Both the position numbers and the translations under genes were made by a program. 64,000 nucleotides of DNA, taken from assembly GCA_965368975.1 (NCBI GenBank), contig CBDUPA010000016.1:64001-128000 (forward strand), given 5' to 3'. Origin of the DNA: an uncultured bacterium (GTDB lineage: Bacteria > Acidobacteriota > Thermoanaerobaculia > Multivoradales > JAHZIX01). The notes below the pieces were generated by a model. That model was not told the origin of the DNA. It saw nothing but the letters and a program-made list of their open reading frames with translations, and made no database searches. Of this stretch, positions 38,090 through 50,287 are shown one piece after another (within the stretch, counting starts at the first letter, position 1; every line of letters starts with the position of its first letter).

Positions 38090-39755
38090 CGCATCCCTTC
38101 CTCGGGTTCGGGGCGCTCGGGTGGCCCCGGTTCACGCGAGACTGGATTGTCCGAAACGAGGGCCGAGAGGATGGCTTGCTGCTTCATCGCCGTCTCGCGG
38201 TACTCGAGTTCGGGGTCCGAGTCGGCGACGATGCCGGCACCGGCGAACAGGTAGGCGGTGTCGGGGGTCAGCAGGGAGGAGCGCAGGGCGACCGCGAACT
38301 CGCCATCACCGTTGGCGTCGAACCAGCCGACCGGGCCGGCGTACCAGCCGCGCGGCGTCGACTCTCGCTCGACGATCCAGCGCACCGCGTCGGCCGTGGG
38401 CACGCCACCGACGGCGGGTGTCGGATGCAGCGTCTCGACCAAGTCGAGCACGTGCGGTGTCGAACTCTGGCTCTTGGCTTGTCCGGGAGCTGGTGCGGGC
38501 GTCGCGATCAGGCGACCGCGGATCGGCGTCTGCAGGTGGACGACGTGGCGCAGCTTGAGCAGGCGCGGCTGGCTGTCCCAGTGCAGCGGACGGCACAGCG
38601 GTTCCAAGCGTTCGACGATGTGGCGCACCACCCAGGCGTGCTCGCCTTGTTCTTTTGGGCTGGCCAGCAGGCGCTCGGCCTCGGCGTCGCCGAGCCCGGC
38701 GGAACCGGCGAGTGCTTCGGTCTCGACCTGCAGCCCGTGGCGACGGATCAGCCGCTCCGGGGTGACGCCGAGGAAGCTGATGCCGGCGCGGTGGAAGGCG
38801 AAGCGGAAGCCGCCGAAAGCAGTGTGCAGGGCGGACAGCCGTTCGAGCACGGCGATCGGGTCGAGTGGTCGCGGCAGGTCGAGCTCGGCGCGGCGCGCGG
38901 CGACGATCTTCTCGAAGCGACCGTCGCGGATGGCGTCGCGGATGGCCTCGATCTGCGCCGTCCATTCTTCGAGCGGGCGCTGGTGCAGGCGTTCGTGCAG
39001 GGACAGATCGTCGTCGGTGTGCTGAGCGATCGATGGCTTTGCGGTCTTCGGGCGCGGCGCAGCCGGTCGCCCCAGGTCGTCGAGGAGCATTTCCAGGCTG
39101 TCGAGCCAGGCATCGTCGACGCGCTGACGATCCGTGGGCGCCAGCGTGACGGTGAGCAGCGCCGGGGCGTTTGCGCCGTCGCCAGCGGGTAGCACGGCGT
39201 AGCGTAGGCGGGGCAGCACGAAGCTGCCGTCGCCGAACGGCGCCCAGGGGTCGTTCGTGTCCAGTTCTTGACGCTCGCGCGGCGCGAAGGCGAGGCCGCC
39301 GTAGAGGCGGGAGCCGAGGAGCGCGTGCTTGGCTGGCTGGTCTGTTGGCTGCTGGGCCGTTGGGGAGCGGAGGTCGGGATGGCTGACTTCGTGCAGGCGT
39401 GCGAACAGCTCGTCGGCCTGGCGCCGCAGGTCGCTGCAGCGGTCGCGGGTGCCGTTGGCCTGCAACGTCGCCGCGGCGCCGACGGCGGCGACGGCGGCTC
39501 CGTGCTGCGGCGCCCACAGCAGGCCGTGATCAATGGCGGTGGCTCCGACAGCCTCACCGAACAGTGTCGGCAGGGCGCGTACCAGACGAGCCAACGTGCG
39601 CTCGGGCGTCAACCGCGGTGCCGGCAAGTGCAGCACCGTCCAGGCATCCGGGGACGCCGCCGCCAGTGTTTCGGCGACGAAGCCGCGCAGGCTGTCGGGG
39701 GCCGGTGCGTCGGTGGCAGTGAAGTCGGTGGCTGGAGTCTGTTGCAGAGCTTCGT

Positions 39756-39759
<4 letters not shown>
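38086..39759 (-). CDS. menF: Isochorismate synthase
   Basis: KIVAAR, FLGVTPERL, EALAGS, KEQGEH, LHPTPAVGG, RGWYAGPVGW, FAGAGIVADSDP. Confidence 0.9.
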
Positions 39760-41779
<2,020 letters not shown>

Positions 41780-41797
41780 GTCGTGGGTTCTCCGCGG

Positions 41798-42907
41798 TCA
41801 GCGTCGGCGGTGCACCGTAGCCTCCGCCACCGTGGTCAGAGCCACGACGGCGTCGCCATCGGGAAGGCCGTTCAGGCAGCGCACCGCGCGATGCGAGCGC
41901 TCCAAGGCCAGTTTTCGGCAGTCCTCCACTGCACCGGTGCGGTGCAGGGATGCGATCAAACGGTCGCAGAGCTCGGCGGGCGGCCTTTCGGTGGGCGATT
42001 GGGCCTCGCCGGCCTGCAAAATGCGCTCGATCACGGGCCGCAATTCGGCGTCGCGTTCGAGCGCGAGAATCAGGGGGTAGGTCATCTTGCCTTCACGCAG
42101 ATCCGTGAACAGGGTCTTGCCGGTGGTCTGTGTGTCGCCGGTGAGGTCGAGCAGGTCGTCGATCACCTGGAAGGCGACGCCGAGGTGGCTGCCGTACTCT
42201 TCGAGCTCGGAGCACTGCTCGGGCGACAGGCCGCCGCACTTGCCGCCGGCATACATGGCCCAGCGGAAGAGCGCCGCCGTCTTGCCCTCGGCGACCTGGA
42301 AGTAGACGTCGCGGCCGGCGTCGATGCGGCCGCGGTGTTCGAGCTGCACCGACTCGGCGAGCACCATCTGCTCGATGGTGGCGAGCAGCGGCTCCAGCGT
42401 GTCGGGGATCTCGGCGCGGCGTACCCGGCGCAGGGCTTCGATCAGCATCCAGTCGCCAGCGAAGACCGAGGCGGCGTTGCCGTATTCGTGGCGCGCGGTG
42501 GGGGCGCCGCGGCGCGTGTTGGCGAGGTCGACGACATCGTCGTGCAACAGCGTCGCGTTGTGCACCAGCTCGACCGCTACCGCCATGTCCAGCGCCGCTG
42601 GCGAAAAGCCACTACCGGCGCGTGCAGCCAGGGCCACGCACAGCGGACGCAGGCGCTTGCCGCCCTGCTCCAAGAGGTGGTTGGCGCTCCGGCCGACCAA
42701 GCTCTCGGCCACCGAGCCGACAGGAGCGATGGCGTCGAGGGCCTCGTCGACGGTCTCGAGGTCAGGTGCGACGAATTCGCTGAGCCCCAACAAGCGGCTG
42801 GCGAGGTCGTCGAGCCCGCGCTCGGCGCACAGGCGACTGAGCTTGCCGAGCAGTTGCGGCGAGCCGACGGGGCCGAGTTCGGAGCCGGAGCGGGGAGCCT
42901 GGTTCAT
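41798..42907 (-). CDS. Polyprenyl diphosphate synthase
   Basis: GGKRLRP, HNATLLHDDVVD (FARM), RRG, KTAALF, FQVIDDLLD (SARM). Confidence 0.93.
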   Translation of the reverse strand: MNQAPRSGSELGPVGSPQLLGKLSRLCAERGLDDLASRLLGLSEFVAPDLETVDEALDAIAPVGSVAESLVGRSANHLLEQGGKRLRPLCVALAARAGSGFSPAALDMAVAVELVHNATLLHDDVVDLANTRRGAPTARHEYGNAASVFAGDWMLIEALRRVRRAEIPDTLEPLLATIEQMVLAESVQLEHRGRIDAGRDVYFQVAEGKTAALFRWAMYAGGKCGGLSPEQCSELEEYGSHLGVAFQVIDDLLDLTGDTQTTGKTLFTDLREGKMTYPLILALERDAELRPVIERILQAGEAQSPTERPPAELCDRLIASLHRTGAVEDCRKLALERSHRAVRCLNGLPDGDAVVALTTVAEATVHRRR

Positions 42908-42975
42908 GATGTGTTGGCGTTCGAGGGCAGTATGGGGCTGAGTCTGTTCTTGGGGGGGCTGAGTCTTTGGGGGCG

Positions 42976-43695
42976 TCAGCGAGTCGCTGCCACTTCGGGT
43001 TCCAGGTCGAAGGTGTCGTCGGCTTTGTAGTCGTCGGCTTTGTAGTCGTCAGCTTCGTACTCGTCAGCTTTGTACTCGTCCGCGTCAAGAGCATTCGCGT
43101 CCGGAGCCGGGGTCGATGCAGGCGCCGGCTTGAGCGACGGTTGGCTGGACGGCTGGCGGCGTACCGCCCGGCTGACCTTCAGCCCGCCGCGCAGCACCTT
43201 GAGGCCGAAGCCGCCCACCGAGCCGCCCTTGAGGAAGATTTCGGCCATCGAGTCCGCCATCTCGGTCAGCGTCTCGATCGCCTGCAGGCGTTCCAAGAAA
43301 GCCTGGGCTTCGACGTCCGTCTTGGCCTCTTCTTCGAGCAGCGGGATCCACTCGCTCAGGTGCTCGCGGATCGGATCCCACTCACGCCGCTTGCGGATCA
43401 GCAGCACGTTGCGCGTCACCTTGGCCAGGTCGGTCTCGGGCCGGTAGAGCACCCGTCGCGAGCCCGGCGCCTTCTCGGGCATCACCAGACCCCACTCACG
43501 CAATTCCCGGCAAGCCATGCTCACCGCGCCGCGCGACATCTCCAGCCCGGCCATGATCTCTTCGGCGTCCGCTCCCTCGGGCCGCGACAGCAGCCAGCCG
43601 TAGGCGCGCGCCGTGGTCGGCGAGACGCCCCAGAAGGGCCCGAGGGCTCCCCACAGCTGCACGAAAGATTCACGGACATCGTTCACCGCACTCAT
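42976..43695 (-). CDS. GbsR/MarR family transcriptional regulator
   Basis: FVQLWG...WGVSPT, SRGAVSMACRELREWGLV HTH, RKRREWDP. First gene of the men operon. Confidence 0.85.
   Translation of the reverse strand: MSAVNDVRESFVQLWGALGPFWGVSPTTARAYGWLLSRPEGADAEEIMAGLEMSRGAVSMACRELREWGLVMPEKAPGSRRVLYRPETDLAKVTRNVLLIRKRREWDPIREHLSEWIPLLEEEAKTDVEAQAFLERLQAIETLTEMADSMAEIFLKGGSVGGFGLKVLRGGLKVSRAVRRQPSSQPSLKPAPASTPAPDANALDADEYKADEYEADDYKADDYKADDTFDLEPEVAATR
43017..43085 (-). repeat. 15-bp in-frame tandem repeat (ADEYK/ADDYK x4-5) in the regulator C-terminus
   Basis: Repeated GTCGGCTTTGTAGTC-like units encoding DADEYKADEYEADDYKADDYKADD. Confidence 0.8.
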
Positions 43696-43703
43696 GACGG
43701 CGG

Positions 43704-43752
43704 ACTATACAGGAGGCCTCCTGAACTTTCAATCCTTTTTGAAGGTTCAGGA
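43704..43752 (-). promoter_or_regulatory. Sigma-70 promoter of the men operon overlapped by a 14-bp inverted-repeat operator
   Basis: Minus strand TTGAAA (43732-43727)-17 nt-TATAGT (43709-43704). IR TCCTGAACTTTCAA-N6-TTGAAGGTTCAGGA (43719-43752) matches at 13/14 positions. Confidence 0.7.
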
Positions 43753-43895
43753 TGTTCGAGCGCTTGGGCGGCCTCGCGAGTGTGGCGGCCAGGTGCCGGT
43801 CACGCAGCCTGTGCAAGGGTGCTCAAGGATCGGCGGAGTCTATGACAAAGAGCTGTGATCTGGGAAGAGTTGATCTTCTGGACATCCTGGACTCG

Positions 43896-43924
43896 TTGAC
43901 TTTCGTACGTGCGCTGGATATTGT
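43896..43924 (+). promoter_or_regulatory. Sigma-70 promoter upstream of the DUF3800 leader
   Basis: TTGACT-17 nt-TATTGT. Confidence 0.65.
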
Positions 43925-43932
43925 TCAGCCAC

Positions 43933-43992
43933 AAACCCTGGGAGAGACGCCCTTTGCGACTCGTGTGGGCTTAGCGGCCCCCCTGGGGTATT
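43933..43992 (+). ncRNA. Candidate DUF3800-associated structured RNA
   Basis: Outer stem ACCCUGGG/CCUGGGGU (with G-U pairs) enclosing a GCCC/GGGC stem, located between the promoter and the DUF3800 gene. Confidence 0.4.
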
Positions 43993-44051
43993 TCCTTGTT
44001 CCGTTGATTTTAGGGAGGCCGATAAATCCGTGTTTCTGTAACGGAGTTACG

Positions 44052-44942
44052 GTGTTTCTACTCTATCTGGACGAGTCTGGGGTCCCGGAGTCACACGCAG
44101 ACCAGACCAGCCACTTCGTTGTCGTCGGCTTGGCCGTACACGAGGGAACGTGGTTCGCACTAGAGAAGCAGGTCGCTGGCCTCAAGCGACGTTTCGGACT
44201 CCAAGGGGATTCTGAATATGAACTCCACGCTGGTTGGATTCTGCAGCGCTATCGAGACCAGGAAGAAGTCGAGCAGTTCGAGAGCTTGAGCCTGCAGGCT
44301 CGCTTCGATGCGGTCCAGCAGGTTCGACAGGCCAAGCTCGAGAACTTGAAAGAACGCTCGTCGAAATCACGAACGCGCAAGCTGGCCGCTTTCAGGAAGA
44401 CGGAACCGTTCATTCACCTGACGGCTGTCGAGCGGCGACAATTGGTCGCAGAGACGCTAAGGATCGTTGCGAAGTACCGCCGAGGGCTGTGCTTGTTCGG
44501 CGAAGCGATCAACAAGACAACTCTGAGCCCAGCGGTCGATCCCTGGGAGGAGTGCTTCGATCACCTGGTCACGCGGTTCGAGAAGTTTCTCAAGACCAGG
44601 AAGCGCAAGACGTGGGGGCTGATCGCGGCTGACCACTACGATACCCAGGCCAAGCTCCTACCGGCTCGACTGGCTCGGTTTCAGCGTACGGGTACGCGTT
44701 GGGCCGACATTGAGCGGGTGATAGAGTCTCCGTTCTTCGTCGATAGCCGGGGGTGCTCTGGAGTCCAGCTTGCCGACCTCTGTGCTTTTGCCTTGAGGCG
44801 GTATCTGGAGAATGAGGAAGAAGACAACTTCCGCCTTATCTTGCCGAAGTTCTTTCGGTCCCGAGGACAACTCGTCGGCCTACGGCATTTCACCAAGGCC
44901 GGGTGTCCGTGCCTCATTTGCCGAGAACGTCAACATGACTAA
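44052..44942 (+). CDS. DUF3800 domain protein (RNase H-like fold)
   Basis: GTG start after a GGAG SD. LYLDESG at the N-terminus, ELHA, and VQLADLCAFAL at the C-terminus. Confidence 0.85.
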   Translation: MFLLYLDESGVPESHADQTSHFVVVGLAVHEGTWFALEKQVAGLKRRFGLQGDSEYELHAGWILQRYRDQEEVEQFESLSLQARFDAVQQVRQAKLENLKERSSKSRTRKLAAFRKTEPFIHLTAVERRQLVAETLRIVAKYRRGLCLFGEAINKTTLSPAVDPWEECFDHLVTRFEKFLKTRKRKTWGLIAADHYDTQAKLLPARLARFQRTGTRWADIERVIESPFFVDSRGCSGVQLADLCAFALRRYLENEEEDNFRLILPKFFRSRGQLVGLRHFTKAGCPCLICRERQHD

Positions 44943-45075
44943 TGGTGCCCTGCTAGAGTAATCTCCTGTCGTCCTGCTTCCCGGCAAGCCGCTCAGAAAG
45001 TAGGGGACGACCCGCCCTCCGGGCCCGACCTGACTGCGTCCACCCATCCCGCGATCCCTTCCAGGAGACATCCGC

Positions 45076-47181
45076 ATGCCGAACCACCGTGCCGCCCTTC
45101 CTCTCTCCCGCTACTTCTTGGCACTGCCCGTGCTCGCTGTCGTGACGCTGCTCGCGGCCTGCGGTCCGCGTGCCGAAGCGCCTGCCGCGGATGCGGCCGA
45201 TGAAGCTGGCCGCCTGAGTCGCGAGGAGATCGCGCAGTCGGTGCAGTCGACCATGGACGCGAGTGTTGATCCTTGCCAGGACTTCTACCGCTACGCCTGC
45301 GGTGGCTGGCTCGACAACACCGAGCGGCCGGCGGATCAGGCGCGTTGGGTGCGCAGCATCTCGCAGATCCGCGAGGCCAACCTGGAAGCGCTGCGCACGC
45401 TGGTCGACGAACTGAGCAGCTCCGAGGCCGAGCTGAGCGGTGCCGAGGCGCAGGTCGCGTCGTTCTATGGATCGTGCATGGCGGTGGAGGAGACGCCGGC
45501 ACCGGTGTCGGCGCTCGACGCGTACTTCGCGCGCATCGCCAAGGTCGAGGACGTCGAGTCGCTGTTCGCGGCGCTCGGTGACCTGCATCCGCAGGGGGTC
45601 AACGCCCTGTTCAGTATCGGTACCGAAGCCGACTTCAAAGAGCCGACCGTGATGACCGCATTCCTCTTCCAGGGCGGCCTCGGCCTGCCCGAGCGCGGCT
45701 ACTACCTGCGCGACGACGAGGGCAGCCAGACGCTGCGCCAGCGCTACCAGGAGGGCATGGCGAGTCTGTTCGAGCTGTTCGGCGACGAGCCGGCTGCGGC
45801 CGGTGAGCGCGCCGCTGCCGTGCTCGCCTTCGAGACCCGCATGGCCGAGGTGTCGCTGAGTCCGGCAGAGATGGGCGACCTGCCCAGCCTGTACCACCCG
45901 ATGCAGCGGCAGGGCCTGCAAGAACTGGCGCCGGCGTTGGCCTGGGGCAGCTATTTCGACACCACCGGCTATGACGGCATCGACGACCTCGTCGTGGCGA
46001 CGCCCGACTACTTCAAGGGCATCGAGCCGCTGGTCACCGGCGGTGACTTCGCCGACGTCCGCAGCTATCTGCGCTGGCGCGTCATCGACGCCTTCGCCGA
46101 CTACCTGGGCGGCGAGGCCGAGCAGGCGCACTTCGCGGTCAACGAGCAGCTGGTCGAAGGGCAGGAGCAGATGGAAGCGCGCTGGAAGCGTTGCCTCGAC
46201 GCCACTGACGCAGTGCTCGGTGAGTCGCTGGGCGAACTCTTCGTCGAGCGTCGCTTCGCCGGTGAGAGCAAGCAGGTCGCTGAACAGATGATCGAGGACA
46301 TCGAGACTTCCTTTGTCGAAGCGCTGCCGGCCGTCTCCTGGATGGACGACGAGACGCGCGGCCGCGCCCAGGGCAAGGCCGAGGCACTGAACGACAAGAT
46401 CGGCTATCCCGACACCTGGCGCGACTACTCGGCGCTGCAGCTGGAGGCCGGCAACTACCTGGCCAACCGCGTGGCCAGCGCGCGCCTGGAGTTTGCCCAC
46501 GACATGGACAAGGCCGGCCAGCCCACCGATCGCGACGAGTGGGGCATCACGCCGCCGACCGTCAACGCTTACTACAACCCGATGCTCAACGAGATCGTCT
46601 TCCCCGCCGGCATTCTGCAGCCGCCGATGTTCCATCGCGACTACCCGGCGCCGATGAACTATGGTGCCATTGGCCTGGTGATGGGCCACGAGCTGACCCA
46701 CGGCTTCGACGACTCGGGGCGCCAGTTCGACCCGCAGGGCCGCCTCGCCGAGTGGTGGGAGCCCGAGGCGAGCGAGCGCTACGAAGAGCAGGCGATGTGC
46801 GTCGAGAAGCTGTATGACGGCTACGAGGTGTTGCCCGACCTGACGCTCAACGGCGAGCTGACCCTGGGCGAGAACATCGCCGACCTGGGCGGCATCAAGC
46901 AGGCCTTCTGGGCCTGGCGCCGCTGGGCCGAGCGCAACGGCCAGCCCGAGCCGCTGACCGACTCGCTGACCAACGACCAGCTGTTCTTCGTCGCCTACGG
47001 CCAGGTATGGTGCTCGCTGCAGACGGACGAGATGGTGCGCATGCGGGCGCGCGCGGACTCGCACGCCCATCCCGAATACCGCGTCGTTGGTCCGCTGAGC
47101 CAGTTCCAGGGCTTCGCCGACGCCTTCCAGTGCGCCGAGGGTACGCCGATGAACCCGGTCGAGAAGTGCGAGGTCTGGTGA
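45076..47181 (+). CDS. M13 family metallopeptidase (neprilysin/PepO-like), lipoprotein
   Basis: LAAC lipobox, DPCQDFYRYACGGW, VNAYY, GHELTHGFD, GENIADLGG. Confidence 0.95.
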   Translation: MPNHRAALPLSRYFLALPVLAVVTLLAACGPRAEAPAADAADEAGRLSREEIAQSVQSTMDASVDPCQDFYRYACGGWLDNTERPADQARWVRSISQIREANLEALRTLVDELSSSEAELSGAEAQVASFYGSCMAVEETPAPVSALDAYFARIAKVEDVESLFAALGDLHPQGVNALFSIGTEADFKEPTVMTAFLFQGGLGLPERGYYLRDDEGSQTLRQRYQEGMASLFELFGDEPAAAGERAAAVLAFETRMAEVSLSPAEMGDLPSLYHPMQRQGLQELAPALAWGSYFDTTGYDGIDDLVVATPDYFKGIEPLVTGGDFADVRSYLRWRVIDAFADYLGGEAEQAHFAVNEQLVEGQEQMEARWKRCLDATDAVLGESLGELFVERRFAGESKQVAEQMIEDIETSFVEALPAVSWMDDETRGRAQGKAEALNDKIGYPDTWRDYSALQLEAGNYLANRVASARLEFAHDMDKAGQPTDRDEWGITPPTVNAYYNPMLNEIVFPAGILQPPMFHRDYPAPMNYGAIGLVMGHELTHGFDDSGRQFDPQGRLAEWWEPEASERYEEQAMCVEKLYDGYEVLPDLTLNGELTLGENIADLGGIKQAFWAWRRWAERNGQPEPLTDSLTNDQLFFVAYGQVWCSLQTDEMVRMRARADSHAHPEYRVVGPLSQFQGFADAFQCAEGTPMNPVEKCEVW

Positions 47182-47201
47182 TCTCCGATCCCGATCCGAA
47201 A

Positions 47202-47228
47202 ATAGGGGCACCCCCCAGTGGGTGCCCC
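47202..47228 (+). repeat. Degenerate REP between convergent genes
   Basis: ATAGGGGCACCCCCCAGTGGGTGCCCC, similar to the REP at 1306. Confidence 0.6.
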
Positions 47229-47248
47229 GGTTGGGGGCGGGCCGAAGT

Positions 47249-49057
47249 CTAATTCGCGTCCGCCTGCTGTAGCTTGCCGATCCACAACTCGGCTTGCTCC
47301 AGTAGCTGCGGGCTCTGGCTCTCCTCGACGATGATCTGCAACAGCGCCAGGGCTTCCGCGTGGCGGTCCTGGCGCAGCAGGTTCATGGCGTCGCGGTAGT
47401 CGAGCTGCAATTGCATCTCGCGCGCCCGTTGCAGCGTCGGCTTGTCGGCACCCAGCTGGCGCAGCCGTTCGACTGCCGTGTCGACGCCCTCGCGCTGCCC
47501 CAGGCGGGCATGGGCGAGCATCAGGTTGAAGGTGATGTCCGTGCGCCCGGGGAGTAACCGCTGCGCCTGCTGGAGGGCCGTCACCGCCTCGGGCGAGGCT
47601 TCCGGTTCGATGCTCCAGGCATAGCCCAGCCGCTCCCAGCACGGCGCGAAGTCGGGGGAGGCGTCGAGGCAGGCGGTCAGCGCCGCGCGCGCCTCGGCCA
47701 CCAGCATCAGCTCTTCCTCACCCTGCGCCCGCTGGCCGGTGAACGGTCGCAGCAGGCTCTCGGCGAACAGGTAGCGCAGCAAGAAATCGTCCTCCCTTGC
47801 CCCAGTCAGCGCCTGGCGATAGTGCCAGCTGGCCTGCGCGAAGTCTTCGTCGCGGTAGGCCAGGAAGCCGAGTCCCGCGTGCGCCGCGCCTTGCCCCGGG
47901 TCGCGTTCCAAGGCCGCCTGGTAGTGAGCCGCGGCGGCGACCGAGTCGCTGGGACGGCTATGGGCGAGCAGGTGACCGAGCGCCGTCAACGCCTCGGCAT
48001 CTTCCAGCGTCACAGAGGTCGGCTGGATCTCGGTCAGCGGCTGGATCTCGACGCCGCGTGCAGCTCGATCCTCGCGCAGGTGCTCGACCACCAGGTCGCG
48101 CAGCGCCGAGCCGTCGGGCAATTGGTAGACCTCGTCGAACGCTCGCCGCGGGTCGTCCAAGTCGGCGATCCTACCTAGGTACTCGCGGGTCTGCAGTCGG
48201 ACTTCGTCCGGGCCGGTCGTCAAGTAGTGCACCAGCGCCCAGCTCTGCATGTAGAAGAGGCTGACGAAACGGGTATCGCCCCCTGCTTGTCCCGAAGAGA
48301 GGTTCGAGGAGTTGGTGGTGAACAGCTCGTCGAGCGGCAGCCACGAGCGCTTGAACAGCGGCAGCGCCATGCTGCGCCGGTTGCCGGCTTGCACCGGTGC
48401 CAGGCGCGCGGTGCCGCCAGCCAGCTCGAAGGTGCTGAACTGCTCCGCGACGCCCTGGCGGTACCATTCCGGCAGTGCCGGCAGATTGGTTTGCAGGAAC
48501 TGGTTGATCAGCTGCCGCTGCACCTTGGCGTCCAGACTCTCGGCGCGAGCGCCCTCGCCGACGTAGATCGCCGCGTAATTGCCGTGCTCGTGCGGCGCCA
48601 GGAAGCCACTCTCGACAGCCGTCAGACCGCTGGGTGGCACGTAGGGCGTCAGCTGATCGCGGCGCGCGAAGACGTAGAGCACCGTCGGCCGCGGCGCGGT
48701 CAGGCGCGCGTCTGGTGCCAGCTGGAAGAGTGCGTGGTGCAACTGCTCCAGGCGCAGGCCAGCGCGCCGCAGGTACGAGGGGGCGATGTTGCCGATCACG
48801 GTGTAATGGTCCGTCTGCAGACGCACCCAAGGTGCGTCGAGAGATGGCAAGCCGGACGGAGCGGTGGCGGGTGTCCGAGGCGGTTCCTCGATGATGCGCA
48901 TCGGGGTTTGCGCGTGGGTAGGCCAGGTGCAAACAGCCAGCCAGCCGCCGAAGAAGGCAGCGAGCAGGAAGGAGAGCCCCAAGCGGTGGGTTCTTCGTGG
49001 TGCTCTTGCCGCTGGCGCGGGAGTCGGAGGAGTGGTGCGGTCCGTCAAGTCGTGCAA
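47249..49057 (-). CDS. Exported TPR-repeat protein with a DUF1570/peptidase-like N-terminal region lacking HExxH
   Basis: Hydrophobic N-terminus, PEWYRQGVAE, FYMQSWALVHYL, C-terminal TPRs. Start position uncertain (TTG). Confidence 0.7.
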   Translation of the reverse strand: MHDLTDRTTPPTPAPAARAPRRTHRLGLSFLLAAFFGGWLAVCTWPTHAQTPMRIIEEPPRTPATAPSGLPSLDAPWVRLQTDHYTVIGNIAPSYLRRAGLRLEQLHHALFQLAPDARLTAPRPTVLYVFARRDQLTPYVPPSGLTAVESGFLAPHEHGNYAAIYVGEGARAESLDAKVQRQLINQFLQTNLPALPEWYRQGVAEQFSTFELAGGTARLAPVQAGNRRSMALPLFKRSWLPLDELFTTNSSNLSSGQAGGDTRFVSLFYMQSWALVHYLTTGPDEVRLQTREYLGRIADLDDPRRAFDEVYQLPDGSALRDLVVEHLREDRAARGVEIQPLTEIQPTSVTLEDAEALTALGHLLAHSRPSDSVAAAAHYQAALERDPGQGAAHAGLGFLAYRDEDFAQASWHYRQALTGAREDDFLLRYLFAESLLRPFTGQRAQGEEELMLVAEARAALTACLDASPDFAPCWERLGYAWSIEPEASPEAVTALQQAQRLLPGRTDITFNLMLAHARLGQREGVDTAVERLRQLGADKPTLQRAREMQLQLDYRDAMNLLRQDRHAEALALLQIIVEESQSPQLLEQAELWIGKLQQADAN

Positions 49058-49090
49058 GAGAAGGTCTCCTTCAGCCGCTACAATGGCTCG

Positions 49091-50233
49091 ATGATGCTAC
49101 TTGGCCGCGGTCTGTCGTTCAAACGTCTTCCTCTTCTGCCATCTTGGACTGCTGAGCGGCGCCGGGGGTTCCAAGCTTGCGCGCCAGTGCTCGTGCTGCT
49201 GCTCGTCCTGCTGGCGACCTTCCCAGCGCTGCCGGCAAGTGCCGCCAAGGGGGACGTCGAGCTGATTTTCGACGCGCCGCCCGAACTCGAACCGATCGTA
49301 CGCCGCCTGCGGCAGATGCCCGCCGGCAGCTACGAAGGCGGTCTCGACGTCACCGGCTTGCGCGACCCGGGGGGCCCGATCCGCGTCATCCTGGCGGCCG
49401 AGGGCTCGCCCCTGGCCGAGCGCGCGCCCGCCTGGGTCAATGGCTACGCCCTCGGGAACATCGGCGTCGTCGTGCTCCTCGCCGAGCGGGTGCCGTCGTA
49501 TCCGAATGGCTCGCTCGAAGAAGTCCTGCGCCACGAGGTCGCACACGTCCTGATCGACCGCGCCGCCGGCGTCACGGGCGAGAACGCTCCGCGTCGCGTG
49601 CCGCGCTGGTTGCACGAGGGCACCGCCATGCTGGCTGCCGGCCAGTGGGGCCTGCGTGGCCAGGGCTATGTCACCCTCGCGCGTCTGCGCATCCGTAACC
49701 TGTCGCTGGCCCGCATCGACGAGTACTTCGCCGGCAGTCCCGACGACGTCACCCGTGCCTACGCCCTCTCCGGCGCCTTCGTTCACTACGTGGAACAGCA
49801 GTACGGCGGCCGTCGCGGCGGTGCCATCGCCGCCATCCTCTCGCGCCTGGAACAGGGCCGGCCCTTCCCTGGCGCTTTTCGCGACGTCACCGGCGTCTCG
49901 CTGGCCTATGCCGAACTCGAGTTCTGGGGCGGCGAGAGTTTCTTGAGCCGCTGGCTGCCCCTGATCGCCAACGAAGGCTTTCTGTGGGCCGGTATCTCGT
50001 TGCTGGCGCTGCTCGCGATCTACCTGCGTCGTCGTCGGGATGCCCGCATGCGCGAGCGCTGGTTGAAGGAAGAAGAGCTGGAACGGTTGCAGCTGGAGGC
50101 GGAGAAGTTGCGGCGGGAAGGGGAGCTGGATGGGTTGCGGTTGGTGGGGGAGGTGTCGGCGTCGGAGGAGTTGGCGTCGGAGGGGGAGGGAGCTGGAGCG
50201 GGAGATTCGGAGTCGGAGGAGTGGGTGAACTGA
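49091..50233 (+). CDS. Peptidase MA-like zinc metalloprotease with C-terminal TM anchor
   Basis: Signal peptide, LRHEVAH, PRWLHEG, AYALS, and a TM segment followed by RRRR. Confidence 0.78.
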   Translation: MMLLGRGLSFKRLPLLPSWTAERRRGFQACAPVLVLLLVLLATFPALPASAAKGDVELIFDAPPELEPIVRRLRQMPAGSYEGGLDVTGLRDPGGPIRVILAAEGSPLAERAPAWVNGYALGNIGVVVLLAERVPSYPNGSLEEVLRHEVAHVLIDRAAGVTGENAPRRVPRWLHEGTAMLAAGQWGLRGQGYVTLARLRIRNLSLARIDEYFAGSPDDVTRAYALSGAFVHYVEQQYGGRRGGAIAAILSRLEQGRPFPGAFRDVTGVSLAYAELEFWGGESFLSRWLPLIANEGFLWAGISLLALLAIYLRRRRDARMRERWLKEEELERLQLEAEKLRREGELDGLRLVGEVSASEELASEGEGAGAGDSESEEWVN

Positions 50234-50287
50234 GCAGGTTGCTGTCTGGCACTAGGCGGAGTGCGGATGATGTTAACGTAGCATAGG

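Noticed and set aside
43017-43085. FLAG-tag-like DYKADD repeats suggesting an engineered sequence
   Set aside because: They do not match DYKDDDDK. They form a degenerate natural 15-bp tandem repeat like others in the window, and no vector sequence is present.
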